Shown here piece by piece: positions 1-9,458 of a stretch of DNA of 64,000 bases. Positions within the stretch are counted from its first letter, which is position 1. Every line of letters starts with the position of its first letter. The notes below the pieces were generated by a model. It was not told where the DNA came from. It saw only the letters and a list, made by a program, of their open reading frames with translations, and did not search any database. Both the position numbers and the translations under genes were made by a program. Source of the DNA: Armatimonadota bacterium (GTDB taxonomy: Bacteria > Armatimonadota > UBA5829 > DTLH01); the NCBI GenBank assembly GCA_038207085.1, contig JBBRAE010000007.1, forward strand, positions 1 to 64,000, read 5' to 3'.

Positions 1-123
1 AAATCCCTTGGTAGCCAGGGCTGCCGTGATTGCAGCCGTAAGCGTCGTCTTACCGTGGTCTACATGCCCGATTGTCCCAATGTTTACGTGCGGCTTTGTT
101 CTCTCGAACTTCTGCTTCGCCAT
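1..123 (-). CDS. tuf: Elongation factor Tu, 5' part (runs off the window edge)
   Basis: Minus strand from the ATG at 123 reads [33 protein letters not shown], the EF-Tu N-terminus with the G1 motif; lies downstream of tRNA-Thr. Confidence 0.98.
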   Translation of the reverse strand, partial: MAKQKFERTKPHVNIGTIGHVDHGKTTLTAAITAALATKGF

Positions 124-336
124 TTTTGTTCGTTGCCTCCCTTGCGCGAGTCACAAGTTATGAGTCAAGAGCGATGAGCATCCGAAAGCCCCGGAACTCG
201 CAACCCGCTTCTCACAACTCCACAGAGATATACGTAAAACATGCAGTTACGAGTTGTGTGTCAGAGACCACGCCACACAAGCTCAGCCAGTGCCTCACTC
301 GTGCTCGCGACCAGAACTCACAACTCGCGACTTTCT

Positions 337-411
337 TGGAGCCCACGATGGGATTCGGACCCATGACCTCCTCTTTACCAAAGAGGTGCGCTACCCCTGC
401 GCTACGTGGGC
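337..411 (-). tRNA. tRNA-Thr(GGT)
   Basis: GCCCACG...CGTGGGC-TCCA acceptor stem, anticodon arm CCTCT-TTGGTAA-AGAGG, encoded CCA; the T-loop reads TCCGAAT. Confidence 0.93.
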
Positions 412-477
412 ATAACTGCTCCGGCGGTTCACGCCGAACATGAAGGCTCCAAGCTTGCTTGGAACCGACAACGCTAC

Positions 478-506
478 ATTATATCAGGTATCAACCATCC
501 GTGCAA
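478..506 (-). promoter_or_regulatory. Sigma70-type promoter for tRNA-Thr(GGT)-tuf
   Basis: Minus strand TTGCAC-17 bp-TATAAT with an extended TG. Confidence 0.7.
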
Positions 507-601
507 CCGCGCAAAATCGGAAGTAACGGCTGGGGTTTGGAAGATTGGTCGAACAACATGCCGTTACCAGCAGAGGCCATTCGACCCACTCTTCGAGACG
601 G

Positions 602-686
<85 letters not shown>

Positions 687-694
687 ATGATCAC

Positions 695-770
695 TGGAGC
701 CGACGATGGGACTCGAACCCGCAACCTGAGGTTTACAAAACCCCTGCTCTGCCAATTGAGCTACGTCGGC
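695..770 (-). tRNA. tRNA-Thr(TGT)
   Basis: GCCGACGTAGCTCAATTGGCAGAGCAGGGGTTTTGTAAACCTC...GGTTCGAGTCCCATCGTCGGCTCCA. Confidence 0.96.
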
Positions 771-783
771 GACAACGACATTA

Positions 784-812
784 AGTATAATGGCTCCTAA
801 GTCTGCTGTCAA
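784..812 (-). promoter_or_regulatory. Sigma70-type promoter for the tRNA-Thr/Tyr pair
   Basis: Minus strand TTGACA-17 bp-TATACT just upstream of the tRNA. Confidence 0.75.
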
Positions 813-841
813 TAGTGTTTCAGGTAAAAATCGTGCAAAGT

Positions 842-2158
842 TTATGCTCTGCCAGTTTTTAGCGCCGGTTCGACGGCCGGAACATGCGGGGGCGCCGGGT
901 TGTACTTGTCCGACGATACCCGCTCTTTTCTCACATCAACCCCGTTTTCACTTACCACACGATACACCGTAACAGCCGTGACGGTCTTGCCGTTCTTCTT
1001 CAGAACCTCCCTGGGACGAGTGGTTATTATTCGCACGTCCTGTTTGGCATTCCCGTTCCCGTATAGCCTGATTGTGAGCCTGCTGCCGGCGGCAACAGCC
1101 GAAACATAGACCGGCGCGGATGTGTTGTTTCTGATCTTCAGGTCAAGAAGCCCATAAGCGACTGTCGCATCCCTGCCCAGAGGAACGTACGGCACCTTCA
1201 TCGAGTGATGGCTGCGCTCCGCGATATCTAACCCCGCTAGGAGTGCCGCATTGTACAGCGTGCTTGAAACCTGACAGATTCCCCCACCCGTCCCCGGGAT
1301 AATCTTGCCGTCAACATAGATCTGCGCGTCCTGAAAGCCAGTCTGCTTGGTGCGCGGACCTACGGAGCCGTTATAGGAAAATACTCCCCCAGGCTCGATC
1401 AGATCGCCGTCGATCGCTGCGACCGCAAGCTGAATATTTCGCGTACGCCCCTTTTTCCAAGCCGGATACCTCGTCGAAAAGCTCGCAAGAACAGTATCGA
1501 CCTTTTCCAGTTCAGAAGCCTTCACATTCGGCACTTTGGGCAGTATCGGAAGCTCCACAACTTGTTTTTTGTCTTCCACAGCATTTCTGATAAGCCGGTA
1601 TGAATCGCTTGAGTCAACCGACGTGCCGGGAGCCTCGGGGGTTATCACCCTCTCGCCGCCCCTGAAGCTGATGCGCGCGTCCCTCGGCGGCTGCGCGACA
1701 TCCCTGTCAATCTTCGCGAACAGCTCATCTATCTTTGCATTGTCGTACTTATAGCGCACAGGGAGGCGTGCTGAGCGAACAGAAATGCCAAAACCTTCAA
1801 GCACTCGACGAAGCACCGGCCCCTCGCGACCGATCGCCTTGGCCGAGCGCATCATCCCATCGACATCAGGCGTCACGCCAACTGCGCCGAGTTCGCCCTT
1901 CCATTTGCGCTCGCCTGCAGCAAACCATATAGGGTCGGTCATCCTGCGGTGGGCCCACGCGCCGACACGCACCCGAGCCTCCCCCGGAGCAAGCCCGCCG
2001 ATATCGACACCGGCGACTCTCACGCCGGGTGCGATGCGTCCGCTCTTCACAAAACTCGCGCGCACTCCACAGACGACAATCAGCGCGACGACAGCAACAC
2101 CGGCTGCCGCGACAACAATAGACTTTCTGTTCAAAAGTTGTTCTTTGGTATCCATCAT
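842..2158 (-). CDS. VanW family protein with N-terminal TM anchor and putative peptidoglycan-binding region (YoaR-like)
   Basis: RTRNIQLA...FSYNGSVGPRT...GGGICQVSSTLYNAAL...ERSHHS...YVPLGRDATV motifs typical of VanW. Confidence 0.9.
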   Translation of the reverse strand: MMDTKEQLLNRKSIVVAAAGVAVVALIVVCGVRASFVKSGRIAPGVRVAGVDIGGLAPGEARVRVGAWAHRRMTDPIWFAAGERKWKGELGAVGVTPDVDGMMRSAKAIGREGPVLRRVLEGFGISVRSARLPVRYKYDNAKIDELFAKIDRDVAQPPRDARISFRGGERVITPEAPGTSVDSSDSYRLIRNAVEDKKQVVELPILPKVPNVKASELEKVDTVLASFSTRYPAWKKGRTRNIQLAVAAIDGDLIEPGGVFSYNGSVGPRTKQTGFQDAQIYVDGKIIPGTGGGICQVSSTLYNAALLAGLDIAERSHHSMKVPYVPLGRDATVAYGLLDLKIRNNTSAPVYVSAVAAGSRLTIRLYGNGNAKQDVRIITTRPREVLKKNGKTVTAVTVYRVVSENGVDVRKERVSSDKYNPAPPHVPAVEPALKTGRA

Positions 2159-2335
2159 CTTCTCATCTATAGTTTACTGCAAATGAGGGTCAAATGTTTA
2201 CCTCAAATCGCGCTATTTTCATTCCAAGCCCAACATTTTTTTATAACCCATCTCTGGAAGCCCAAATGTGCTGAACCGTCCGAGCCGAGTTGTGATACAA
2301 TATGTGGTGATTTCTAGCGCCACCGGAGGATCAAA

Positions 2336-4804
2336 TTGTCGCTCAAGGACTACGGACACTTCTCTGAAGACGGCAAAGAGTTCGTCATCACCAGGCCGGA
2401 CACTCCCGCGCCCTGGGTCAACTATATCTCGAACGGCCGCTACACCGGCCTGGTCACTAATGCCGGCGGCGGGTTCAGCTACTGGATGGACCCCCGCGAC
2501 TCCCGCATCACCCGCTGGAGATACAACGGCCTTCCCTGGGACCGCCCCGGTCGCTACGTCTACCTGAGAGATCAGGACGGGGACTACTGGTCGCTCTCAT
2601 GGCAGCCTACCGGCGGCAAACCCGATTTCTACGAATGCCACCACGGGATGGGCTACACCACAATCGTCACGCGAAACAAGGGCATTCGAAGCGAGATAAC
2701 CTACTTTGTGCCGCAGGACGATGACCTCGAAATCTGGCTCGTGAGCCTCACAAACGAGACCATGGAGGAGCGCCGGCTCGGCATATACTCCTACGTAGAG
2801 CTCTGCCTCGGCCACGCGCTCGTTGACCTGATCAACCAGCCCAACGACCAGCACTTCAATATTGCTTCCTACGACCAGGAATCTCGAACGATCTTTGCGA
2901 CCAAGAACTATTGGGTCACGCAAAAGGGAGTCTCGGTCGAGCAGCCGAACAAAGGCTGGGATAAGTACGTCTACTTCACAACCAGTCTGCCCGTCATCGG
3001 TTGGGACTGCTTGAAGGACGCGTTTATCGGCCGCTGGCGAAGTGAGTCGAACCCCGAGGGTGTAGAGCGCGGTATGCTCTCCGAGACAGACATCACAGCA
3101 GGCGACGCCTGCGCCGCCCTTCACTCAGAGTTAGTGCTTTGTCCCGGGGAGCGAACGGAGTTTGTTGTCCTGATGGGTGTGACCGATGTCGACCGCTACA
3201 AGGAGCGAGCCCGTGAGGTCACTCGCAAATATATCGAACCCGTTCAGGCCTGGGAAGCGCTCGACCGTATCAAGGACTGGTGGGACGAATATCTCTCAGC
3301 CGTCAAGGTCCAGACTCCTGACCCCGAGATGAACCTGATGCTGAACACCTGGGCCAAGCGGCAGGCGTGGGTGACATTCAATATGAACCGCAACGCCGGT
3401 TACTACCACGGCGGGCTGCTCTTTGGCGTCGGCGTGCGCGATCAGTCGCAGGACCTCATGGGGCCGCTTATGTCCCAGCAAACGACAGAGGTCGCCGACA
3501 GAATTGCCGAAGTCGTTTCACATCAGTTCAGGGACGGAAGCACGCTTCACAACTACTTCAAACTGACGGGAATCGGCGAAAAGACCGGGCACTCGGACAC
3601 GCCGCTCTGGCTTCCGCTTGCGGTTATGACCTATCTCAAAGAGACTGGCGACTACGGGTTCCTCGACCGGGTTGTCCCGTTCCAGGACGGCGGATCGGCC
3701 ACGATGCTGGACCACGCAGTGCGGGCGACGGACTACGTGATCGCAAACCTCACCGAGCACAACCTGCCGAAGTTTGGCCCCGGTGACTGGAACGACACCC
3801 TCGACTACGTAGGTCGCAAGGGGATCGGCGAGAGTATGTGGGTCGCTGAGTTTCTCTGCTATATTCTAAAAGAGATGGCGGAGCTTCTCGAGTGCCTGAA
3901 TGAGCGTGGATATGCCCGGGTCGACTGCGAAGGCGAGAAGTCCGGCTGCGTGGTGAAGTCCTGTGGAACGCTCGCAAGCGACTACAAAAGCCAGTATGGA
4001 ACAATCGCAACCGCGCTTAACGAACGCTGTTGGGACGGCGCCTGGTACATAAGAGGCACTCGCGACGACGGCTTCCTGATAGGTTCCTCCGAGAACATGG
4101 AAGGTCAGATTTTCATGAACTCCCAGAGCTGGGCGGTCATAAGCGGTATCGCTCCTCCTGATCGCGCGAAAGAGTGCATGGAATCGGCCTATGAGATGCT
4201 AAGCACCCCGCGCGGGCCAAAGATTCTGCATCCATCTTATACAAAGGTGGACCCAGGCGTAGGCCTTGCGACCCGCTGCGTTCCCGGCAAGAAGGAAAAC
4301 GGCGCGATATTCAACCATGTTGCGGCGTGGGCGGTATATGCTCAGTGCGTGCTTGGAAACGGCGACCGCGCCTACGAGTGGTATCGCCAAACGATGCCTA
4401 TCGTCCAAGCCCACGACCCCGATATCTATAAAATGGAGCCCTACGTCTACTCGGAGTATGTCACGAGCCCGGACCACCCCACCTTCGGCCAGGCGAGTCA
4501 CTCCTGGCTCACCGGTTCAGGCGTCTGGATGCTCCGCGACGGCATCGACTGGATCCTCGGCGTGCGTCCGACCTACGATGGCCTGATCGTCGACCCGTGC
4601 ATCCCAAGGGAATGGGAAAGCTACACTGTAGAGCGCCGATTCCGTGGAGCACTGTATAAGATCAGGGTAGAAAACCCCAACCACATTGAACACGGTGTAG
4701 TCTCAGTCACCGTGGGCGGCAAAGCGATCAAGGGGAACGTTCTCCCAGTTGCACCGACTGGAAAGACTGTCAAAGTGGTTGTTACGATGGGTGCGGGGCA
4801 CTGA
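2336..4804 (+). CDS. GH94 glycoside phosphorylase (cellobiose/chitobiose phosphorylase-like)
   Basis: YGHFSEDGKEFVITRPDTPAPWVNY, RITRWRYN, RDQSQD, GDWNDTL (catalytic Asp), KENGAIFNH, EPYVYSEY and SWLTGS motifs. Confidence 0.93.
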   Translation: MSLKDYGHFSEDGKEFVITRPDTPAPWVNYISNGRYTGLVTNAGGGFSYWMDPRDSRITRWRYNGLPWDRPGRYVYLRDQDGDYWSLSWQPTGGKPDFYECHHGMGYTTIVTRNKGIRSEITYFVPQDDDLEIWLVSLTNETMEERRLGIYSYVELCLGHALVDLINQPNDQHFNIASYDQESRTIFATKNYWVTQKGVSVEQPNKGWDKYVYFTTSLPVIGWDCLKDAFIGRWRSESNPEGVERGMLSETDITAGDACAALHSELVLCPGERTEFVVLMGVTDVDRYKERAREVTRKYIEPVQAWEALDRIKDWWDEYLSAVKVQTPDPEMNLMLNTWAKRQAWVTFNMNRNAGYYHGGLLFGVGVRDQSQDLMGPLMSQQTTEVADRIAEVVSHQFRDGSTLHNYFKLTGIGEKTGHSDTPLWLPLAVMTYLKETGDYGFLDRVVPFQDGGSATMLDHAVRATDYVIANLTEHNLPKFGPGDWNDTLDYVGRKGIGESMWVAEFLCYILKEMAELLECLNERGYARVDCEGEKSGCVVKSCGTLASDYKSQYGTIATALNERCWDGAWYIRGTRDDGFLIGSSENMEGQIFMNSQSWAVISGIAPPDRAKECMESAYEMLSTPRGPKILHPSYTKVDPGVGLATRCVPGKKENGAIFNHVAAWAVYAQCVLGNGDRAYEWYRQTMPIVQAHDPDIYKMEPYVYSEYVTSPDHPTFGQASHSWLTGSGVWMLRDGIDWILGVRPTYDGLIVDPCIPREWESYTVERRFRGALYKIRVENPNHIEHGVVSVTVGGKAIKGNVLPVAPTGKTVKVVVTMGAGH

Positions 4805-4816
4805 TTCACGCAGACC

Positions 4817-4911
4817 AAAGCCCCCTGCATGCTTTGTATGGGGGCTTTCCAGCATCTCTCGCGCCCCCAAACCAATAAAGCCCACAAGCCGTTGAAGCAG
4901 GTGGGCTTTAT
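4817..4911. terminator. Two hairpins between convergent genes
   Basis: AAAGCCCCC..GGGGCTTT and ATAAAGCCCAC..GTGGGCTTTAT inverted repeats. Confidence 0.6.
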
Positions 4912-4951
4912 CTCTATAGACGACTATCACGCCGAAAATCTTCGCACCGAG

Positions 4952-5317
4952 CTATTTCGTGCGCCGTTCTTCTTCACGAATCACTGCGCCGAATATCTCA
5001 CGGCCGACCTTTACTCCGCTGCCGACACGGCCCTTCAGACCGACTTTTGTGCCTTCACGAGGGACGCCGTTGTTGGTGATCACCCAGATCTTGCCGCTGC
5101 CGTCGTCGATCTGATAGGCTCCGGCCTCGGCGATCAGGAGATTGACGGAGTAGGTGCGAGTGACTTCACCACCTACCAGCACGGTTTTATCGGTGTATTT
5201 GTCCGGACGTTCGAGAATCGATGAAACCATCGTTTGGTCACTGTTTTTGCAACCGGCGATGAAGACCGCCCCGATGATCAAGAGCGCGGCCAGGCTAAGT
5301 AATGCTTTTCGTTTCAT
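4952..5317 (-). CDS. Small lipoprotein with a probable OB fold
   Basis: Lipobox FIAGC after a hydrophobic signal; pattern TVLVGGEV...YQIDDGSGKIWV...VGLKGRV; GGAGG RBS. Confidence 0.7.
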   Translation of the reverse strand: MKRKALLSLAALLIIGAVFIAGCKNSDQTMVSSILERPDKYTDKTVLVGGEVTRTYSVNLLIAEAGAYQIDDGSGKIWVITNNGVPREGTKVGLKGRVGSGVKVGREIFGAVIREEERRTK

Positions 5318-5469
5318 AATAACTACCTCCACTGTACATAAGACGTGAAAACTCGGCTACAGTTTCACGTTTGCCTCAGCTCTCTTCGGGGAAGATTGTC
5401 TCAGGCGCAGGATGGGCTGAACCACGAGCGCGCCGCACCTTGAAACCCACCAAGAGGTACGCAAGCGCC

Positions 5470-5850
5470 ATGGATGGACTCAAACGACGAGCAGTGATCT
5501 CACTTGCCTCGTCTTACCTTTCTCAACTCGGCACTACCGCAGCCGATTTTATCTCCAAAATAGTCCTCGCTCGACTGATTCTGCCTGATCAGTGGGGAAT
5601 CTTCGCTGAAGCGATGCTCGTCGTACTGGTCGCCGACGTCTTCACAGACCTTCGGCTCTCGCAGCACGTCGTCAGAGAGAAATCAAAGCCGTTTGGAAAC
5701 GTTTTGATCGTGCGAGCGGCGCTTTCAGTGGTAGCGGTGGGTGTGGTCGAACTCTTAGCGCCATACCTCAGCTTCTTTACCCCAAATGTCGTTGCGCCAA
5801 CCCGCCTGCTTGCCCCTCTGATACTTATCAAGGCGATCGGGAGCGCGCCG
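5470..5850 (+). pseudogene. Wzx-type polysaccharide flippase, N-terminal fragment
   Basis: MDGLKRRAVIS...IVLARLILPDQWGIFA...FTDLRLSQHVVR; truncated after about 127 codons. Confidence 0.8.
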
Positions 5851-6160
5851 ACCATATCATAACGATTTCAGAGTCCTCCAAGCGCGATATCGTCTCAGTG
5901 CTGAAAGTGCCCGACGAACGCGTTACCGTGATCCCGAACGGACTCCACCCGGACTTTCGCCAGCAAAAGGACGAGTCCCGGCTCCGAAGAGTCAGAGACA
6001 GATATCAGCTTCCCGATCGTTTCGTGATGGGTTTCACTTCGTCTGACCCGCAAAACAACATTTCGACGCTCCTTTGAAGCGATGACCATCGTTCAGGGGC
6101 GAATCCACGATGTCGAGCTTGTCCTCGTGAGCTGCGCCCCCGGAGCATGGGAATCGGTGC
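5847..6160 (+). pseudogene. GT4 glycosyltransferase internal fragment (frameshifted)
   Basis: Reads ADHIITISESSKRDIVSVLKVPDERVTVIPNGLHPDF...DPQNNISTLL, then shifts frame to EAMTIVQGRIHDVELVLV; no start codon. Confidence 0.8.
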
Positions 6161-6180
6161 ACATCGGGTCGCTTCCCAAA

Positions 6181-6745
6181 GTTTACGATTCGGTGGGCTG
6201 AATTACCCTACCCCTTTGCCAGTTCCTCAAGACCAAAAAGAACCCGGCTGCGTGGCTCCTTGCGCTTGAGGAATGGGCCAAGATGCGCGTGTAAGAGGCG
6301 ATGATCACCGAAAAGTTCGAAAAGGTGGTCATAACCTCAAGGAACGACCAAATGGCGCTTGAGGGACTGACCTGGGAGCGCGTCTCGATGCTTCCAAACG
6401 GAGTCGACCACGAGTACTTCCACCCCTTGGACTTGCCCGAGCAGCCAGACACGGTCGTATTATCGGGCAAGATAAGCTACTACGCCAACGCGGCGGCAGC
6501 AAAGCACTTCTACAAAAACGTTTTTCCTATTATGCGAGAGAAGAAGCCCCATGTTCACCTGAACATAGTCGGCGCCGACCCGCCAGCGTCTATCAGAAAG
6601 CTCGAAGCAGACCCCGGCGTCACCGTCACAGGCTACGTCGAGGATATCAGGCCCTACATCGCCCAAGCGGCCGTCGCGGTCTGCCCGATAACGGTCGGCG
6701 TCGGCATACAGAACAAGGCGCTTGAGTCTATGGCTATGAAGCTTA
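6181..6745 (+). pseudogene. Second GT4 glycosyltransferase fragment with in-frame stops
   Basis: VYDSVG*ITL...EEWAKMRV*EAMI...PNGVDHEYF...VTVTGYVEDIRPYI...GVGIQNKALESMAM; C-terminus missing. Confidence 0.82.
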
Positions 6746-6902
6746 CAAACTCCGCACGATGTGCAGCGATGCGGACTTGGTCATCTGCGAAGACCGAGTC
6801 AGACTGAACGTGTACTATGTAAAGCACAAAGGCATTGGGCTTGATATCCACATACTGCTGCGAACCATACCTGCCGTGATCACAGGAGACGGCGCATACT
6901 AG
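6741..6902 (+). pseudogene. Priming sugar transferase (Bac_transf) fragment with internal deletion
   Basis: AYKLRTMCSDAD is joined almost directly to EDRVRLNVYYVKHKGIGLDIHILLRTIPAVITGDGAY*. Confidence 0.82.
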
Positions 6903-7005
6903 CAATTTCGCGAGTTAACCCAGGCGCTCGACTATGGAACACCTCTAGTGTAGTAAAAATACGACGCGGCGTCGGGGTGGAACTTGTCGCCGCGTTTCTG
7001 TTGGA

Positions 7006-7866
7006 GTGACTATACATATGCCCGATGTCGGCGCTTGGGCTAAACTCGCCGCTTATGTAGTCTGCACAGGTCTCGGACTTGAACTTGCTCACCGAGCCTA
7101 CTGGGCTACAAACAGCTACGTGCTAAACGGCAAACTGCGTCCCGCATTCCGCGGAATCGCGTCGGCCGTCAGCGCGTCTTTTCCACTCATCTCCGTGCTT
7201 CTGATTACGGGAGTCTTCTGCGCGTTCGTTGACCGGCAGTCGATATTCTCACTCGGCTTGCAGCTTGGGTCAAGCGCTGCGGTTATGTTTATGTCCGGCG
7301 CGGTGATTGCGTTTGTCTCTATAGCGATGCTCTTTGTTGGGTGCTGCAGAGTCGGTATCTTTCAGGTGGAACGCTTAGGGCTCGCAAGCGACAAAATCCC
7401 CGCATTCTTCGGGACCGCCTCAGACTTTTTACTCTCCTCACTCTTTGAAGAGGTCATGGTCCGCGGCTACATCTTCGCGGTGCTTCTGAACGCCTGGGGA
7501 GGCGCGGCTGCGGTCGTAGGATCGGCTGTGATATTCTCCGGGCTTCACGTGATCAAACACCCGAGAATTCCCTTTATCTACACACTGAACGCGTTTCTCT
7601 TCGGCATAATCACGGGTCAGGCGAGGCTTGTCACGGGGAGCCTGTGGGCGCCCATTGGACTACACTTCGGCTGGAACCTCGCGATGGGCCCCGTGTTCGG
7701 GATGCCCACAAGCGGCAAGATCTACGACTCCGGGATTCTGTGCTGCGCGGTCGACGGCCCCGAATGGCTGACCGGAGGGCTCTACTCGCCCGACGCCGGA
7801 GTGCTGGGGTCGATCACCCTCGTCGTCGCCACGATGGTGCTGATGGTGTTTGTGCCGATCTACTAA
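7006..7866 (+). CDS. CPBP (CAAX/Abi) family intramembrane metalloprotease
   Basis: EEVMVRGY, FSGLH and HFGWN motifs; multiple TM segments; start codon uncertain (7006 or 7018). Confidence 0.9.
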   Translation: MTIHMPDVGAWAKLAAYVVCTGLGLELAHRAYWATNSYVLNGKLRPAFRGIASAVSASFPLISVLLITGVFCAFVDRQSIFSLGLQLGSSAAVMFMSGAVIAFVSIAMLFVGCCRVGIFQVERLGLASDKIPAFFGTASDFLLSSLFEEVMVRGYIFAVLLNAWGGAAAVVGSAVIFSGLHVIKHPRIPFIYTLNAFLFGIITGQARLVTGSLWAPIGLHFGWNLAMGPVFGMPTSGKIYDSGILCCAVDGPEWLTGGLYSPDAGVLGSITLVVATMVLMVFVPIY

Positions 7867-7924
7867 CCCGCATTATTCACGAGCAGCGTGAATAATGCTC
7901 TGTTAGCGAAAGCTTTATTCGCTT
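7864..7924. repeat. Double-hairpin MITE-like repeat, copy A (right end truncated)
   Basis: TAACCCGCATTATTCACGAGCAGCGTGAATAATGCTCTGTTAGCGAAAGCTTTATTCG; begins at the CPBP stop codon. Confidence 0.9.
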
Positions 7925-8162
7925 GCATGTGATAGCTCATCTGTTTTACACTACATCTGCCGGCAGTCAAAATGCCCCTTTACACTGAAGAAACCTGGTA
8001 GTTTTACCGAAATTACCAGATGGAGGGCAGGCAACTGCCTATCCACGGAAGGAGTTGTGATGAAGACTCTCACAGCGCACAAACCGCGCTGATGTTGTTA
8101 CCATCACAAAGGCTACGTAAATGGCAAAAACCAGCATTTACGAAGGAGGCAGTTTTACACTT

Positions 8163-9290
8163 ATGAAACGTGCAATTATTTCGTTCGCACTGCTTGCGGT
8201 AGCGATCTCGGCCACTCAGGCAGAGGTAAACTTCGGGTCAAACGCCCGCTCAGTGGCTATGGGCGGCGCGGGGCTTGCCCTTGTCGGCGACCCAATCGTC
8301 TCCGGGGCGATCAACCCCGCGGCTTACGCCATCAAGGCCTCAAAGTTCAGGTATATGCTCCCAAGTTTCGACTACAAGTTCGATGGCACCAGTCTCTCCA
8401 AGCTTACCGACATCTCAAACAGCGTGGACAATTCCTCGTCGAGTTCCATTGAACTCGCACGCGAACTGGGTAAGCGCAACACCTTGATTGAACTCTCCGG
8501 CACGACCGGCTTCAGCCTTGGCAGAGTCGTGGTTATGTTCGACGGACAGGCCAACGCAGATATTATGCCAAGCGCGGGCTTCAAGCAGTGGGCAGCCGAC
8601 CCGAACGCTGTCGACTGGTCAGGATACGTCGACTCTGAGACCGGCGCACCCGACCTGGCCGCGATTCAGTCCAACTTCTACTCAGACGTCACAGGCCAGA
8701 TCGTAAGCAGCCTGCCGTCAATCGGCTATGGATGGAAGGTCAAGGGCCACAAAGGCGTCAACCTCGGAGTTCGCGTGAAAGCGATGCGCAGCTCCGTCCG
8801 AAGGCAGCGGATCACGGTTTCCAACGCCGTAAACAACGGGACTTTAGAGAACCCCGACGTGTCGCTCACCCTTGATGCCTTCACGCTGGAAGGCGTCAAT
8901 GAGCTCGTTCAGGACACCGGAATCGGTATGGACTTCGGCCTAATCTACCAGACACCCGACCCCAATCTCCAGCTAACCACGGCTGTTATCGTGAACAACC
9001 TGCTGGAACCAAGCCTCGACGCCGTTCGCGTCGACCGGATGCTGAGCTTCGGCGCTACGGCCACACTGAAGAACTCCGTTATTGTCGCAGCTGACCTTGT
9101 GAACATCAACCAGGCGTATGACAAGAATATGCAGCTCAGGCTCGGCGCGGAGATTCGACCGTTCAAGTGGCTAGCGTTCCGCGCAGGCTACGGCGACGGC
9201 ACCCCGACGCTCGGCATAGGGCTGAAAGGCTACGATTTCGCATTCTCCAAGGACCAGCCCCTTACTCTGGGTCGCCTCTGGAAGTTCTAA
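8163..9290 (+). CDS. Secreted outer-membrane beta-barrel protein (TraF/FadL/PorV-like)
   Basis: Signal peptide, ARSVAMGGAG...INPA motif, C-terminal amphipathic strands (LRLGAEIRPFKWLAFRAGY), terminal Phe; AAGGAGG RBS. Confidence 0.7.
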   Translation: MKRAIISFALLAVAISATQAEVNFGSNARSVAMGGAGLALVGDPIVSGAINPAAYAIKASKFRYMLPSFDYKFDGTSLSKLTDISNSVDNSSSSSIELARELGKRNTLIELSGTTGFSLGRVVVMFDGQANADIMPSAGFKQWAADPNAVDWSGYVDSETGAPDLAAIQSNFYSDVTGQIVSSLPSIGYGWKVKGHKGVNLGVRVKAMRSSVRRQRITVSNAVNNGTLENPDVSLTLDAFTLEGVNELVQDTGIGMDFGLIYQTPDPNLQLTTAVIVNNLLEPSLDAVRVDRMLSFGATATLKNSVIVAADLVNINQAYDKNMQLRLGAEIRPFKWLAFRAGYGDGTPTLGIGLKGYDFAFSKDQPLTLGRLWKF

Positions 9291-9458
9291 GAATTCCCGG
9301 GCTGGAGTCTATTTCAGGCTCCAGCCAATTTTCTTCTCCAATTATTGAAGCTTCTCACCACCTCACGCGTCTAACTATGTGAAAGACGATAATTCCCGGC
9401 CACAAACACAAGAAGGAATCGCCGCAACTATGGCTAAGGGAACACTGACGGAAATCAA

